A stretch of DNA of 64,000 nucleotides from Eledone cirrhosa (GCA_964016885.1 OZ024744.1:27652001-27716000), one strand, 5' to 3'; positions 39,101 through 54,200 are shown, counted from the first letter of the stretch. The notes: generated from the letters alone by a model not told the origin. Numbers and translations: made by a program.

Positions 39101-42100
39101 CGCTGTTATAAATGTTATTGTCACTATTGCTCTTGTTGTGTTCGCTCTTATCACTCTTATTGTCATTGCTGTTGTTGTTCTCGCTGCTATCCCTGTTATT
39201 GTCATTGTTGTTGTTGTTGTTGTACTCGCTGTTATCACTGTTATTGTCATTGGTGTTGTTGTTGTCGCTATTATCACTGTTATTGTCACTGTTGTTGTTG
39301 TCGCTGTTATAAATGTTATTGTCACTATTGCTCTTGTTGTGTTCGCTCTTATCACTCTTATTGTCATTGCTGTTGTTGTTGTCGCTGTTATCACTGTTAT
39401 TTTCATTGTTTTTGTTGTTGTCGCTGTTATAACTGTTATTGTCGCTGTTATAACTGTTATTGTCGCTGTTATAACTGTTATTGTCGCTGTTATAACTGTT
39501 ATTGTCATTGTTGTTGTTGTCGCTGTTATCACTGTTATTGACACTGTTGTTGCTGTTGTTCTCGCTGTTATCACTGTTATTGTCACTGTTGTTGTTGTTG
39601 TTCTCGCTGTTACCACTGTTATTGTCAATGTTGTTGTTGTTGTAGCTGTTATAACTGTTATTGTCACTGTTGTTGTTGTCGCTCTTATAACTCTTATTGT
39701 CACTGTTGTTGTTGTTGTCGTTGTTATCACTGTTATTGTCATTATTGTTATTGTCACTGTTATCACGGTTATTGTCATTGTTATTGTTGTTGTTGTCGTC
39801 GCTGTTATCACTTTTATTGTCACTGTTTTTGTTGTTGTCGCTTCTATAACTGTTATTGTCACTATTGTTGTTGTTGTCGCTTTATCACTGTTATTGTCAC
39901 TGTTATTGTTCTCGCTGTTATAACTGTTATTCTCACTGTTGTTGTTGTTCTCGCTGTTATCACTGGTATTGACACTGTTGTTGTTTGTATTGTCGCTGTT
40001 ATAACTGTTATTGTCACTGTTGTTATTGTTGTTGTCGCTGTTATAACTGTTATTGTCACTGTTGTTGTTGTTCTTCTCGCTGTTATCACTGTTATTGTCA
40101 TTGTTGTTGTTGTCGCTGTTATCACTGTTATTGTCACTGTTGTTGTTGTTCTCGCTGTTATCACTGTTATTGTCACTGTTGTTGTTGTTCTCGCTGTTAT
40201 CACTGTTATTGTCATTGTTGTTGTTGTTGTGTTCGCTGTTATAACTGTTATTGTCATTGTTGTTGTTGTTGTCGCTGTTATCACTGTTATTGTCACTGTT
40301 GTTGTTGTCGCTGGTATAACTGTTATTGTCACTGTTGTTTTTGTTGTTGTCGCTGTTATCACTGTTATTGTCACTGTTGTTGTTGTCGCTGTTATAACTG
40401 TTATTGTCATTGTTGTTGTTGTTGTCACTGTTATCACTGTTATTGTCACTGTTGTTGTTGTTCTCGCTGTTATCACTGTTATTTTCATTGTTGTTGTTGT
40501 CGCTGTTATCACTGTTATTGTCACTGTTGCTGTTGTTGTCGCTGTTATCTCTGTTATTGTCATTGTTGTTGTCGCTGTTATAACTGTTATTGTCATTGTT
40601 GTTGATGCTGTTATAACTGTTACTGTCATTGTTGTTGTTGTTGTCGCTGTTATCACTGTTATTTTCATTGTTGTTGTTGTCGCTGTTATCACTGTTATTG
40701 TCACTGTTGTTGTTGTTGTCGCTGTTATCACTGTTATTGTCACTGTTGTTGTTGTTGTCACTGTTATAAATGTTATTGTCACTGTTGTCATTGTTGTCGC
40801 TGTTATCACTGTTATTGTCACTGTTGTTGTTGTTGTTGTCGCTGTCATAACTGTTCTTTTCACTGTTGTTGTTGTTGTTCTCGCTGTTATCACTGTTATT
40901 GTCACTGTTGTTGTCGCTGTTATCATTGTTATTGTCACTGTTGTTATTGTTGTTGTTGCTGTTATCACTGTTATTGTCACTGTTGTAGTTGTTGTCGCTG
41001 TTTTTAACTGTTATTGTCACTGTTGTTGTTGTTGCTGTCGCTGTTATCACTGTTATTGTCATTGTTGTTGTTGTTGTTCTCTCTGTTATCACTGTTATTG
41101 TCACTGTTGTGGTTGTTCTCGCTGTTATAATTGTTATTGTGACTGTTGTTGTTGTCGCTGTTATAACTGTTATTGTTATTGTTGTTGTTGTTGTCGCTGT
41201 TATCACTGTTATTAACACTGTTGTTGTTGTTGTTCTCGCTGTTATCACTGTTATTGTCACTGTTGTTGTTGTTGTCGCTGTTATAACTGTTATTGTCACT
41301 GTTGTTGTTGCTGTTGTCGCTGTCATAACTCTTATTGTCACTGTTGTTGTTGTTGTCGTTGGTATCACTGTTATTGTCATTATTGTTGTTCTCGCTGTTA
41401 TCACTGGTATTGACACAGTTGTTGTTGTTGTTGCCGCTGTTATAACTGTTATTGTCTCTGTTGATGTTGTTGTTGTCGTTGTTATAACTGTTATTATCAC
41501 TGTTGTTGTTGTCGCTGTTATAACTCTTATTGTCACTGTTGTTGTTGTTGTCGTCGTTGTTATCACTGTTATTGTCATTATTGTTGTTGTCGCTGTTATC
41601 ACTGTTATTGTCATTGTTGTTGTTGTTGTCGCTGTTATCACTGTTATTGTCCCTGTTGTTGTTGTCGCTGTTATAAATGTTATTGTCACTATTGCTCTTG
41701 TTGTGTTCGCTCTTATCACTCTTATTGTCATTGCTGTTGTTGTTCTCGCTGCTATCCCTGTTATTGTCATTGTTGTTGTTGTTGTACTCGCTGTTATCAC
41801 TGTTATTGTCATTGGTGTTGTTGTTGTCGCTATTATCACTGTTATTGTCACTGTTGTTGTTGTCGCTGTTATAAATGTTATTGTCACTATTGCTCTTGTT
41901 GTGTTCGCTCTTATCACTCTTATTGTCATTGCTGTTGTTGTTGTCGCTGTTATCACTGTTATTTTCATTGTTTTTGTTGTTGTCGCTGTTATAACTGTTA
42001 TTGTCGCTGTTATAACTGTTATTGTCGCTGTTATAACTGTTATTGTCATTGTTGTTGTTGTCGCTGTTATCACTGTTATTGACACTGTTGTTGCTGTTGT

Positions 42101-45100
42101 TCTCGCTGTTATCACTGTTATTGTCACTGTTGTTGTTGTTGTTCTCGCTGTTACCACTGTTATTGTCAATGTTGTTGTTGTTGTAGCTGTTATAACTGTT
42201 ATTGTCACTGTTGTTGTTGTCGCTCTTATAACTCTTATTGTCACTGTTGTTGTTGTTGTCGTTGTTATCACTGTTATTGTCATTATTGTTATTGTCACTG
42301 TTATCACGGTTATTGTCATTGTTATTGTTGTTGTTGTCGTCGCTGTTATCACTTTTATTGTCACTGTTTTTGTTGTTGTCGCTTCTATAACTGTTATTGT
42401 CACTATTGTTGTTGTTGTCGCTTTATCACTGTTATTGTCACTGTTATTGTTCTCGCTGTTATAACTGTTATTCTCACTGTTGTTGTTGTTCTCGCTGTTA
42501 TCACTGGTATTGACACTGTTGTTGTTTGTATTGTCGCTGTTATAACTGTTATTGTCACTGTTGTTATTGTTGTTGTCGCTGTTATAACTGTTATTGTCAC
42601 TGTTGTTGTTGTTGTTCTCGCTGTTATCACTGTTATTGTCATTGTTGTTGTTGTCGCTGTTATCACTGTTATTGTCACTGTTGTTGTTGTTCTCGCTGTT
42701 ATCACTGTTATTGTCACTGTTGTTGTTGTTCTCGCTGTTATCACTGTTATTGTCATTGTTGTTGTTGTTGTGTTCGCTGTTATAACTGTTATTGTCATTG
42801 TTGTTGTTGTTGTCGCTGTTATCACTGTTATTGTCACTGTTGTTGTTGTCGCTGGTATAACTGTTATTGTCACTGTTGTTTTTGTTGTTGTCGCTGTTAT
42901 CACTGTTATTGTCACTGTTGTTGTTGTCGCTGTTATAACTGTTATTGTCATTGTTGTTGTTGTTGTCACTGTTATCACTGTTATTGTCACTGTTGTTGTT
43001 GTTCTCGCTGTTATCACTGTTATTTTCATTGTTGTTGTTGTCGCTGTTATCACTGTTATTGTCACTGTTGCTGTTGTTGTCGCTGTTATCTCTGTTATTG
43101 TCATTGTTGTTGTCGCTGTTATAACTGTTATTGTCATTGTTGTTGATGCTGTTATAACTGTTACTGTCATTGTTGTTGTTGTTGTCGCTGTTATCACTGT
43201 TATTTTCATTGTTGTTGTTGTCGCTGTTATCACTGTTATTGTCACTGTTGTTGTTGTTGTCGCTGTTATCACTGTTATTGTCACTGTTGTTGTTGTTGTC
43301 ACTGTTATAAATGTAATAGTCACTGTTGTCGTTGTTGTCGCTGTTATCACTGTTATTGTCACTGTTGTTGTTGTTGTCGCTGTCATAACTGTTCTTTTCA
43401 CTGTTGTTGTTGTTGTTGTCGCTGTTATAACTGTTATTGTCACTGTTGTTGTCGCTGTTATAACTCTTATTGTCACTGTTGTTGTTGTTGTCGCTGTTAT
43501 CACTGTTATTGTCACAGTTGTTGTTGTCGCTGTTATCATTGTTATTGTCATTGTCGTTGTTGTCGCTTTTATAACTGTTATTGTCATTATTGTTGTTGTT
43601 GTCGCTGTTATAACTGTTATTGTCACTGTTGTTGTTGCTGTCGGTGTTATAACTGTTATTGTCACTGTTGTTATTGTTGTAGTCGCTGTTATAACTGTTA
43701 TTGTCACTGTTGTTGTTGTTGTTCTCGCTGTTATCACTGTTATTGTCATTGTTGTTGTTGTCGCTGTTATCACTGTTATTGTCACTGTTGTTGTTGTTCT
43801 CGCTGTTATCACTGTTATTGTCACTGTTGTTGTTCTTCTTCTCGCTGTTATCACTGTTATTGTCATTGTTGTTGTTGTGTTCGCTGTTATAACTGTTATT
43901 GTCATTGTTGTTGTTGTTGTTGTCGCTGTTATAACTGTTATTGTCACTGTTGTTGTCGCTGTTATCACTGTTATTGTCACAGTTGTTGTTGTCGCTGTTG
44001 TCATTGTTATTGTCATTGTTGTTGTTGTCGCTTTTATAAATGTTATTGTCATTGTAGTTGTTGTTGTCGCTGTTATAACTGTTATTGTCACTGTTGTTGT
44101 TGTTGCTGTCGGTGTTATAACTGTTATTAGTTACTGTTGTTGTTGTTGTTCTCGCTGTTACCACTGTTATTGTCAATGTTGTTGTTGTTGTCGCTGTTAT
44201 AACTGTTATTGTCACTGTTGTTGTTGTTGTCGCTGTTATAACTCTTATTGTCACTGTTGTTGTTGTTGTTGTCGCTGTTATCACTGTTATTGTCATTGTT
44301 GTTGTTGTTGTTGTCGCTGTTATCACTGTTGTTGTCACTGTTGTTGTTGTTGTCGCTTCTATAACTGTTATTGTCACTATTGCTGTTGTTGTTGTCGCTG
44401 TTATCACTCGTATTGTCATTGTTGTTGTCGCTGTTTTCACTGTTATTGTCACTGTTGTTGTTCTCGCTGTTATAACTGTTATTCTCACTGTTGTTGTTCT
44501 GGCTGTTATCACTGGTATTGACACTGTTGTTGTTTTTATTGTCGCTGTTAGAACTGTTATTGTCACTGTTATTATTGTTGTTGTCGCTGTTATCACTGTT
44601 ATTGTCACTGTTGTTGTTGTTGTTCTCGCTGTTATCACTGTTATTGTCATTGTTGTTGTTGTCGCTGTTATCACTGTTATTGTCATTGTTGTTGTCGCTG
44701 TTATCACTATTATTGTCACTGTTGTTGTTCTTCTCGCTGTTATCACTGTTATTGTCACTGTTGTTGTTCTTCTCGCTGTTATCACTGTTATTGTCGTTGT
44801 TGTTGTTGTGTTCGCTGTTATAACTGTTATTATCATTGTTGTTGTTGTTGTTGTTGTCGCTGTTATCACTGTTATTGTCACTGTTGTTGTTGTCGCTGGT
44901 ATAACTGTTATTGTCACTGTTGTTTTTGTTGTTGTCGCTGTTATCACTGTTATTGTCACTGTTGTTGTTGTCGCTGTTATAACTGTTATTGTCACTGTTG
45001 TTGTTGTCACTGTTATCACTGTTATTGTCACTGTTGTTGTTGTTCCCGCTGTTATCACTGTTATTGTCACTGTTGCTGTTGTTGTCGCTGTTATCTCTGT

Positions 45101-45139
45101 TATTGTCATTGTTGTTGTCGCTGGTATAACTGTTATTGT

Positions 45140-45171
<32 letters not shown>

Positions 45172-47600
45172 CTGTTATAACTGTTACTGTCATTATTGTT
45201 GTTGTTGTCGCTGGTATCACTGTTATTTTCATTGTTGTTGTCGCTGTTATCACTGTTATTGTCACTGTTGTTGTTGTTGTCGCTGTTATCACTGTTATTG
45301 TCACTGTTGTTGTTGTTGTCACTGTTATAAATGTTATTGTCACTGTTGTCGTTGTTGTCGCTGTTATCACTGTTATTGTCACTGTTGTTGTTGTTGTTGT
45401 CGCTGTCATAACTGTTCTTTTCACTGTTGTTGTTGTTGTTGTTCTCGCTGTTATCACTATTATTGTCACTGTTGTTGTCGCTGGTATCACTGTTATTGTC
45501 ACTGTTGTTATTGTTGTTGTTGCTGTTATCACTGTTATTGTCACTGTTGTAGTTGTTGTCGCTGTTATAACTGTTATTGTCACTGTTGTTGTTGTTGCTG
45601 TCGCTGTTATCACTGTTATTGTCATTGTTGTTGTTGTTGTCGCTGTTATCACTGTTATTGTCACTGTTGTTGTCGCTGTTATCACTGTTATTTTCATTGT
45701 TGTTGTTGTTGTTCTCACTGTTATTGTCACTGTTATTGTCACTGTTGTTGTTGTTCTCGCTGTTATAACTGTTATTGTCACTGTTGTTGTTGTCGCTGTT
45801 ATAACTGTTATTGTCACTGTTGTTGTTGTTGTCACTGTTATTGTCACTGTTGTTGTTGTTCTCGCTGTTATCACTGTTATTGTCATTGTTGTTGTTGTCG
45901 CTGTTATCACTGTTATTGTCACTGTTGCTGTTGTTGTCGCTGTTATCTCTGTTATTGTCATTGTTGTCGCTGTTATAACTGTTATTGTCATTGTTGTTGT
46001 TGTTGTTGCTGTTATAACTGTTACTGTCATTGTTGTTGTTGTTGTCGCTGTTATCACTGTTATTTTCATTGTTGTTGTTGTTGTCGCTGTTATCACTGTT
46101 ATTGTCACTGTTGTTGTTGTTGTCGCTGTTATCACTGTTATTGTCACTGTTGTTGTTGTTGTCACTGTTATAAATGTTATTGTCACTGTTGTCATTGTTG
46201 TCGCTGTTATCACTGTTATTGTCACTGTTGTTGTTGTTGTTGTTGTCGCTGTCATAACTGTTCTTTTCACTGTTGTTGTTGTTGTTCTCGCTGTTATCAC
46301 TGTTATTGTCACTGTTGTTGTCGCTGTTATCATTGTTATTGTCACTGTTGTTATTGTTGTTGTTGCTGTTATCACTGTTATTGTCACTGTTGTAGTTGTT
46401 GTCGCTGTTTTTAACTGTTATTGTCACTGTTGTTGTTGTTGCTGTCGCTGTTATCACTGTTATTGTCATTGTTGTTGTTGTTGTTCTCTCTGTTATCACT
46501 GTTATTGTCACTGTTATTGTCACTGTTGTGGTTGTTCTCGCTGTTATAATTGTTATTGTGACTGTTGTTGTTGTCGCTGTTATAACTGTTATTGTTATTG
46601 TTGTTGTTGTTGTCGCTGTTATCACTGTTATTAACACTGTTGTTGTTGTTCTCGCTGTTATCACTGTTATTGTCACTGTTGTTGTTGTTGTCGCTGTTAT
46701 AACTGTTATTGTCACTGTTGTTGTTGCTGTTGTCGCTGTCATAACTCTTATTGTCACTGTTGTTGTTGTTGTCGTTGGTATCACTGTTATTGTCATTATT
46801 GTTGTTCTCGCTGTTATCACTGGTATTGACACAGTTGTTGTTGTTGTTGCCGCTGTTATAACTGTTATTGTCTCTGTTAATGTTGTTGTTGTCGTTGTTA
46901 TAACTGTTATTGTCACTGTTGTTGTTGTCGCTGTTATAACTCTTATTGTCACTGTTGTTGTTGTTGTCGTCGTTGTTATCACTGTTATTGTCATTATTGT
47001 TGTTGTCGCTGTTATCACTGTTATTGTCATTGTTGTTGTTGTTGTCGCTGTTATCACTGTTATTGTCCCTGTTGTTGTTGTCGCTGTTATAAATGTTATT
47101 GTCATTGTAGTTGTTGTCGCTGTTATCACTGTTATTGACACTGTTGTTGCTGTTGTTCTCGCTGTTATCACTGTTATTGTCACTGTTGTTGTTGTTGTTC
47201 GCGCTGTTACCACTGTTATTGTCAATGTTGTTGTTGTTGTAGCTGTTATAACTGTTATTGTCACTGTTGTTGTTGTCGCTCTTATAACTCTTATTGTCAC
47301 TGTTGTTGTTGTTGTCGTTGTTACCACTGTTATTGTCATTATTGTTATTGTCACTGTTATCACGGTTATTGTCATTGTTATTGTTGTTGTTGTCGTCGCT
47401 GTTATCACTTTTATTGTCACTGTTTTTGTTGTTGTCGCTTCTATAACTGTTATTTTCACTATTGTTGTTGTTGTCGCTTTATCACTGTTATTGTCACTGT
47501 TGTTGTTCTCGCTGTTATAACTGTTATTCTCACTGTTGTTGTTGTTCTCGCTGTTATCACTGGTATTGACACTGTTGTTGTTTTTATTGTCGCTGTTATA
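36170..47600. repeat. ~7.8 kb-offset duplication (36.2-38.9 versus 44.0-46.9 kb) enclosing a ~2.4-2.55 kb tandem duplication (38.3-40.7 versus 40.7-43.3 kb)
   Basis: attagttact 36301/44126; actcgt 36614/44406; gctgtttttaact near 38582/41003/46410; gctttatc near 39882/42423/47479; tgtatt 39986/42527. Confidence 0.85.
39420..39503. repeat. 4 x 21-bp sub-repeat GTCGCTGTTATAACTGTTATT
   Basis: Four perfect adjacent copies here; three copies at 41982-42044 in the sister block. Confidence 0.9.
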
Positions 47601-48299
47601 ACTGTTATTGTCACTGTTGTTATTGTTGTTGTCGCTGTTATAACTGTTATTATCACTGTTGTTGTTGTTCTCGCTGTTATCACTGTTATTGTCATTGTTG
47701 TTGTTGTTGTCGCTGTTATCACTGTTATTGTCACTGTTGTTGTTGTCGCTGGTAAAACTGTTATTGTCACTGTTGTTTTTGTTGTTGTCGCTGTTATCAC
47801 TGTTATTGTCACTGTTGTTGTTGTCGCTGTTATAACTGTTATTGTCATTGTTGTTGTTGTTGTCACTGTTATCACTGTTATTGTCACTGTTGTTGTTGTT
47901 CTCGCTGTTATCACTGTTATTTTCATTGTTGTTGTTGTCGTTGTTATCACTGTTATTGTCACTGTTGCTGTTGTTGTCGCTGTTATCTCTGTTATTGTCA
48001 TTGTTGTTGTCGCTGTTATAACTGTTATTGTCATTGTTGTTGATGCTGTTATAACTGTTACTGTCATTGTTGTTGTTGTTGTCGCTGTTATCACTGTTAT
48101 TTTCATTGTTGTTGTTGTCGCTGTTATCACTGTTATTGTCATTGTTGTTGTTGTCGCTGTTATCACTGTTATTGTCACTGTTGTTGTTCTCGCTGTTATC
48201 ACTGTTATTGTCACTGTTGTTGTTCTTCTCGCTGTTATCACTGTTATTGTCATTGTTGTTGTTGTGTTCGCTGTTATAACTGTTATTGTCATTGTTGTT

Positions 48300-51200
48300 G
48301 TTGTTGTTGTCGCTGTTATCACTGTTATTGTCACTGTTGTTGTTGTTCTCGCTGTTATCACTGTTATTGTCATTGTTGTTGTTGTCGCTGTTATCACTGT
48401 TATTGTCACTGTTTCTGTTGTTGTCGCTGTTATCTCTGTTATTGTCATTGTTGTTGTCGCTGTTATAACTGTTATTGTCATTGTTGTTGTTGTTGTTGTT
48501 GCTGTTATAACTGTTACTGTCATTGTTGTTGTTGTTGTTGTCGCTGTAATCACTGTTATATTCATTGTTGTTGTTGTCGCTGTTATCACTGTTATTGTCA
48601 CTGTTGTTGTTGTTGTTGTCGATTTTATCACTGTTATTGTCACTGTTGTTGTTGTTGTCACTGTTATAAATGTTATTGTCACTGTTGTCGTTGTTGTCGC
48701 TGTTATCACTGTTATTGTCACAGTTGTTGTTGTCGCTGTTGTCATTGTTATTGTCATTGTCGTTGTTGTCGCTTTTATAACTGTTATTGTCATTGTAGTT
48801 GTTGTTGCTGTCGTTGTTATAACTGTTATTAGTTACTGTTGTTGTTGTTGTTGTTCTCGCTGTTACCACTGTTATTGTCAATGTTGTTGTTGTTGTCGCT
48901 GTTATAACTGTTATTGTCACTGTTATTGTCACTGTTATTGTCACTGTTGTTGTTGTTGTTGTCGCTGTTATAACTCTTATTGTCACTGTTGTTGTTGTCG
49001 TTGTTATCACTGTTATTGTCATTATTGTTATGGTCGCTGTTATCACTGTTATTGTCATTGTTGTTTTTGTTGTTGTTGTCGCTGTTATCACTGTTATTGT
49101 CACTGTTGTTGTTGTTGTCGCTTCTATAACTGTTATTGTCACTATTGCTGTTGTTGTTGTCGCTGTTATCACTCTTATTGTCATTGTTGTTGTCGCTGTT
49201 ATCACTGTTATTGTCACTATTGTTGGTCTCGCTGTTATAACTGTTATTCTCACTTTTGTTGTTCTGGCTGTTATCACTGGTATTGACACTGTTGTTGTTT
49301 TTATTGTCGCTGTTAGAACTGTTATTGTCACTGTTGTTATTGCTGTTGTCGCTGTTATAACTGTTATTGTCACTTTTGTTGTTGTTGTTCTTGCTGTTAT
49401 CACTGTTATTGTCATTGTTGTTGTTGTCGCTGTTATCACTGTTATTGTCATTGTTGTTGTTGTCGCTGTTATCACTGTTATTGTCACTGTTGTTGTTGTT
49501 CTCGCTGTTATCACTGTTATAGTCACTGTTGTTGTTCTTCTCGCTGTTATCACTGTTATTGTCATTGTTGTTGTTGTTGTTGTCGCTGTTATCACTGTTA
49601 TTTTCACTGTTGTTGTTGTCGGTGGTATAACTGTTATTGTCACTGTTGTTTTTGGTGTTGTCGCTGTTATCACTGTTATTGTCACTGTTGTTGTTGTCGC
49701 TGTTATAACTGTTATTGTCACTGTTGTTGTTGTCACTGTTATCACTGTAATTGTCACTGTTGTTGTTGTTCCCGCTGTTATCACTGTTATTGTCATTGTT
49801 GTTGTTGTCGCTGTTATCACTGTTATTGTCACTGTTGCTGTTGTTGTCGTTGTTATCTCTGTTATTGTCATTGTTGTTGTCGCTGTTATAACTGTTATTG
49901 TCATTGTTGTTGTTGTTGTTGTTGCTGTTATAACTGTTACTGTCATTGTTGTTGTTGTTGTCGCTGGTATCACTGTTATTTTCATTGTTGTTGTTGTCGC
50001 TGTTATCACTGTTATTGTCACTGTTGTTGTTGTTGTTGTCGCTGTTATCACTGTTATTGTCACTGTTGTTGTTGTTGTCACTGTTATAAATGTTATTGTC
50101 ACTGTTGTCGTTGTTGTCGCTGTTATCACTGTTATTGTCTCTGTTGTTGTTGTTGTTGTCGATGTCATAACTGTTCTTTTCACTGTTGTTGTTGTTGTTC
50201 TCGCTGTTATCACTGTTATTGTCACTGTTGTTGTCGCTGTTATCACTGTTATTGTCACTGTTGTTGTTGTTGTTGTTGTCGCTGTCATAACTGTTCTTTT
50301 CACTGTTGTTGTTGTTGTTGTCGCTGTTATAACTGTTATTGTCACTGTTGTTGTCGCATTTATAACTCTTATTGTCACTGTTGTTGTTGTTGTCGCTGTT
50401 ATCACTGTTATTGTCACAGTTGTTGTTGTCGCTGTTATCATTGTTATTGTCATTGTCGTTGTTGTCGCTTTTATAACTGTTATTGTCATTATTGTTGTTG
50501 TTGTCGCTGTTATAACTGTTATTGTCACTGTTGTTGTTGTTGCTGTCGGTGTTATAACTGTTATTGTCACTGTTGTTATTATTGTAGTCGCTGTTATAAC
50601 TGTTATTGTCACTGTTGTTGTTCTCGCTGTTATCACTGTTATTGTCATTGTTGTTGTTGTCGCTGTTATCACTGTTATTGTCACTGTTGTTGTTGTTCTC
50701 GCTGTTATCACTGTTATTGTCACTGTTGTTGTTCTTCTCGCTGTTATCACTGTTATTGTCATTGTTGTTGTTGTGTTCGCTGTTATAACTGTTATTGTCA
50801 TTGTTGTTGTTGTTGTTGTCGCTGTTATCACTGTTATTGTCACTGTTGTTGTTGTTCTCGCTGTTATCACTGTTATTGTCATTGATGTTGTTGTCGCTGT
50901 TATCACTGTTATTGTCACTGTTTCTGTTGTTGTCGCTGTTATCTCTGTTATTGTCATTGTTGTTGTGGCTGTTATAACTGTTATTGTCATTGTTGTTGTT
51001 GTTGTTGTTGCTGTTATAACTGTTACTGTCATTGTTGTTGTTGTTGTCGCTGTAATCACTGTTATTTTCATTGTTGTTGTTGTCGCTGTTATCACTGTTA
51101 TTGTCACTGTTGTTGTTGTTGTTGTTGTCGATTTTATCACTGTTATTGTCACTGTTGTTGTTGTTGTTGTCACTGTTATAAATGTTATTGTCACTGTTGT

Positions 51201-54200
51201 CGTTGTTGTCGCTGTTATCACTGTTATTGTCACAGTTGTTGTTGTCGCTGTTGTCATTGTTATTGTCATTGTCGTTGTTGTCGCTTTTATAACTGTTATT
51301 GTCATTGTAGTTGTTGTTGCTGTCGGTGTTATAACTGTTATTAGTTACTGTTGTTGTTGTTGTTCTCGCTGTTACCACTGTTATTGTCAATGTTGTTGTT
51401 GTTGTCGCTGTTATAACTGTTATTGTCACTGTTATTGTCACTGTTATTGTCACTGTTGTTGTTGTTGTTGTCGCTGTTATAACTCTTATTGTCACTGTTG
51501 TTGTTGTTGTTGTTGTTGTCGTTGTTATCACTGTTATTGTCATTATTGTTATGGTCGCTGTTATAACTGTTATTGTCATTGTTGTTGTTGTTGTTGTTGT
51601 CGCTGTTATCACTGTTATTGTCACTGTTGTTGTTGTTGTCGCTTCTATAACTGTTATTGTCACTATTGCTGTTGTTGTTGTCGCTGTTATCACTCTTATT
51701 GTCATTGTTGTTGTCGCTGTTATCACTGTTATTGTCACTGTTGTTGGTCTCGCTGTTATAACTGTTATTCTCACTGTTGTTGTTCTGGCTGTTATCACTG
51801 GTATTGACACTGTTGTTGTTTTTATTGTTGCTGTTAGAACTGTTATTGTCACTGTTGTTATTGTTCTTGTCGCTGTTATAACTGTTATTGTCACTTTTGT
51901 TGTTGTTGTTCTTGCTGTTATCACTGTTATTGTCATTGTTGTTGTTGTCGCTGTTATCACTGTTATTGTCATTGTTGTTGTTGTCGCTGTTATCACTGTT
52001 ATTGTCACTGTTGTTGTTGTTCTCGCTGTTATCACTGTTATAGTCACTGTTGTTGTTCTTCTCGCTGTTATCACTGTTATTGTCATTGTTGTTGTTGTCG
52101 CTGTTATCACTGTTATTTTCACTGTTGTTGTTGTCGGTGGTATAACTGTTATTGTCACTGTTGTTTTTGGTGTTGTCGCTGTTATCACTGTTATTGTCAC
52201 TGTTGTTGTTGTCGCTGTTATAACTGTGATTGTCACTGTTGTTGTTGTTGTCACTGTTATCACTGTAATTGTCACTGTTGTTGTTGTTCCCGCTGTTATC
52301 ACTGTTATTGTCATTGTTGTTGTTGTCGCTGTTATCACTGTTATTGTCACTGTTGCTGTTGTTGTCGTTGTTATCTCTGTTATTGTCATTGTTGTTGTCG
52401 CTGTTATAACTGTTATTGTCATTGTTGTTGTTGTTGTTGTTGCTGTTATAACTGTTACTGTCATTGTTGTTGTTGTCGCTGGTATCACTGTTATTTTCAT
52501 TGTTGTTGTTGTCGCTGTTATCACTGTTATTGTCACTGTTGTTGTTGTTGTTGTCGCTGTTATCACTGTTATTGTCACTGTTGTTGTTGTTGTCACTGTT
52601 ATAAATGTTATTGTCACTGTTGTCGTTGTTGTCGCTGTTATCACTGTTATTGTCACTGTTGTTGTTGTTGTTGTCGATGTCATAACTGTTCTTTTCACTG
52701 TTGTTGTTGTTGTTGTTCTCGCTGTTATCACTGTTATTGTCACTGTTGTTGTCGCTGTTATCACTGTTATTGTCACTGTTGTTATTGTTGTTGTTGCTGT
52801 TATCACTGTTGTAGTTGTTGTCGCTGTTATAACTGTTATTGTCACTGTTGTTGTTGTTGCTGTCGCTGTTATCACTGTTATTGTCATTGTTGTTGTTATT
52901 GTGGCTGTTATCACTGTTATTGTCACTGTTGTTGTCGCTGTTATCACTGTTATTTTCATTGTTGTTGTTGTTGTTCTCTCTGTTATCACTGTTATTGTCA
53001 CTGTTATTGTCACTGTTGTTGTTATTCTCGCTATTATAACTGTTATTGTGAAAGTTGTTGTTGTCGCTGTTATAACTGTTATTGTCATTGTTGTTGTTGT
53101 TGTCGCTGTTATCACTGTCATTAACACTGTTGTTGTTGTTCTCGCTGTTATCACTGTTATTGTCACTGTTGTTGTTGTCGCTGTTATAACTGTTATTGTC
53201 ACTGTTGTTGTTGCTGTTGTCGCTGTCATAACTCTTATTGTCACTGTTGTTGTTGTCGTTGTTATCACTGTTATTGTCATTAATGTTGTTCTCGCTGTTA
53301 TCACTGGTATTGACACTGTTGTTGTTGTTGTTGTCGCTGTTATAACTGTTATTGTCTCTGTTGATGTTGTTGTTGTCGCTGTTATAACTGTTATTGTCAC
53401 TGTTGTTGTTGTCGCTATTATAACTCTTATTGTCACTGTTGTTGTTGTTGTCGTCGTTGTTATCACTGTTATTGTCATTATTGTTGTTGTCGCTGTTATT
53501 ACTGTTATTGTCATTGTTGTTGTTGTTGTCGCTGTTATCACTGTTATTGTCGCTGTTGTTGTTGTCGCTGTTATAACTGTTATTGTCACTATTGGTTTTG
53601 TTGTCGCTCTTATCACTCTTATTGTCATTGTTGTTGTTGTTCTCGCTGCTATCCCTGTTGTTGTCATTGTTGTTGTTGTTGTACTCGCTGTTATCACTGT
53701 TATTGTCATTGTTGTTGTTGTTGTCGCTGTTATCACTGTTATTGTCACTGTTTTTGTTGTTGTCGCTATTATCACTGTTATTGTCACTGTTGTTTTTTTT
53801 GTTGTCGCTGTTATCACTGTTATTTTCATTGTTTTTGTTGTTGTTCTCGCATTTATCACTGTTATTGTCAGTGTTGTTGTTGTTGTTCTCGCTGTTATCA
53901 CTGTTGTCGTCACTGTTGTTGTTGTTCTCGCTGTTATCACTGTTATTGTCACTGTTGTTGTTCTTCTCGCTGTTATCACTGTTATTGTCATTGTTGTTGT
54001 TGTTGTGTTCGCTGTTATAACTGTTATTGTCATTGTTGTTGTTGTTGTTGTCGCTGTTGTCACTGTTATTGTCACTGTTGTTGTTGGCGCTGGTATAACT
54101 GTTATTGTCACTGTTGTTTTTGTTGTTGTCGCTGTTATCACTGTTATTGTCACTGTTGTTGTTGTCGCTGTTATAACTGTTATTGTCACTATTGTTGTTG

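Noticed and set aside
39985-43146. Cys-rich metallothionein/keratin-associated-like ORFs and the many short Leu/Ser ORFs
   Set aside because: These are alternative frames of the same repeat. Their starts are chance TTG/GTG codons and their ends are set by variant monomers.
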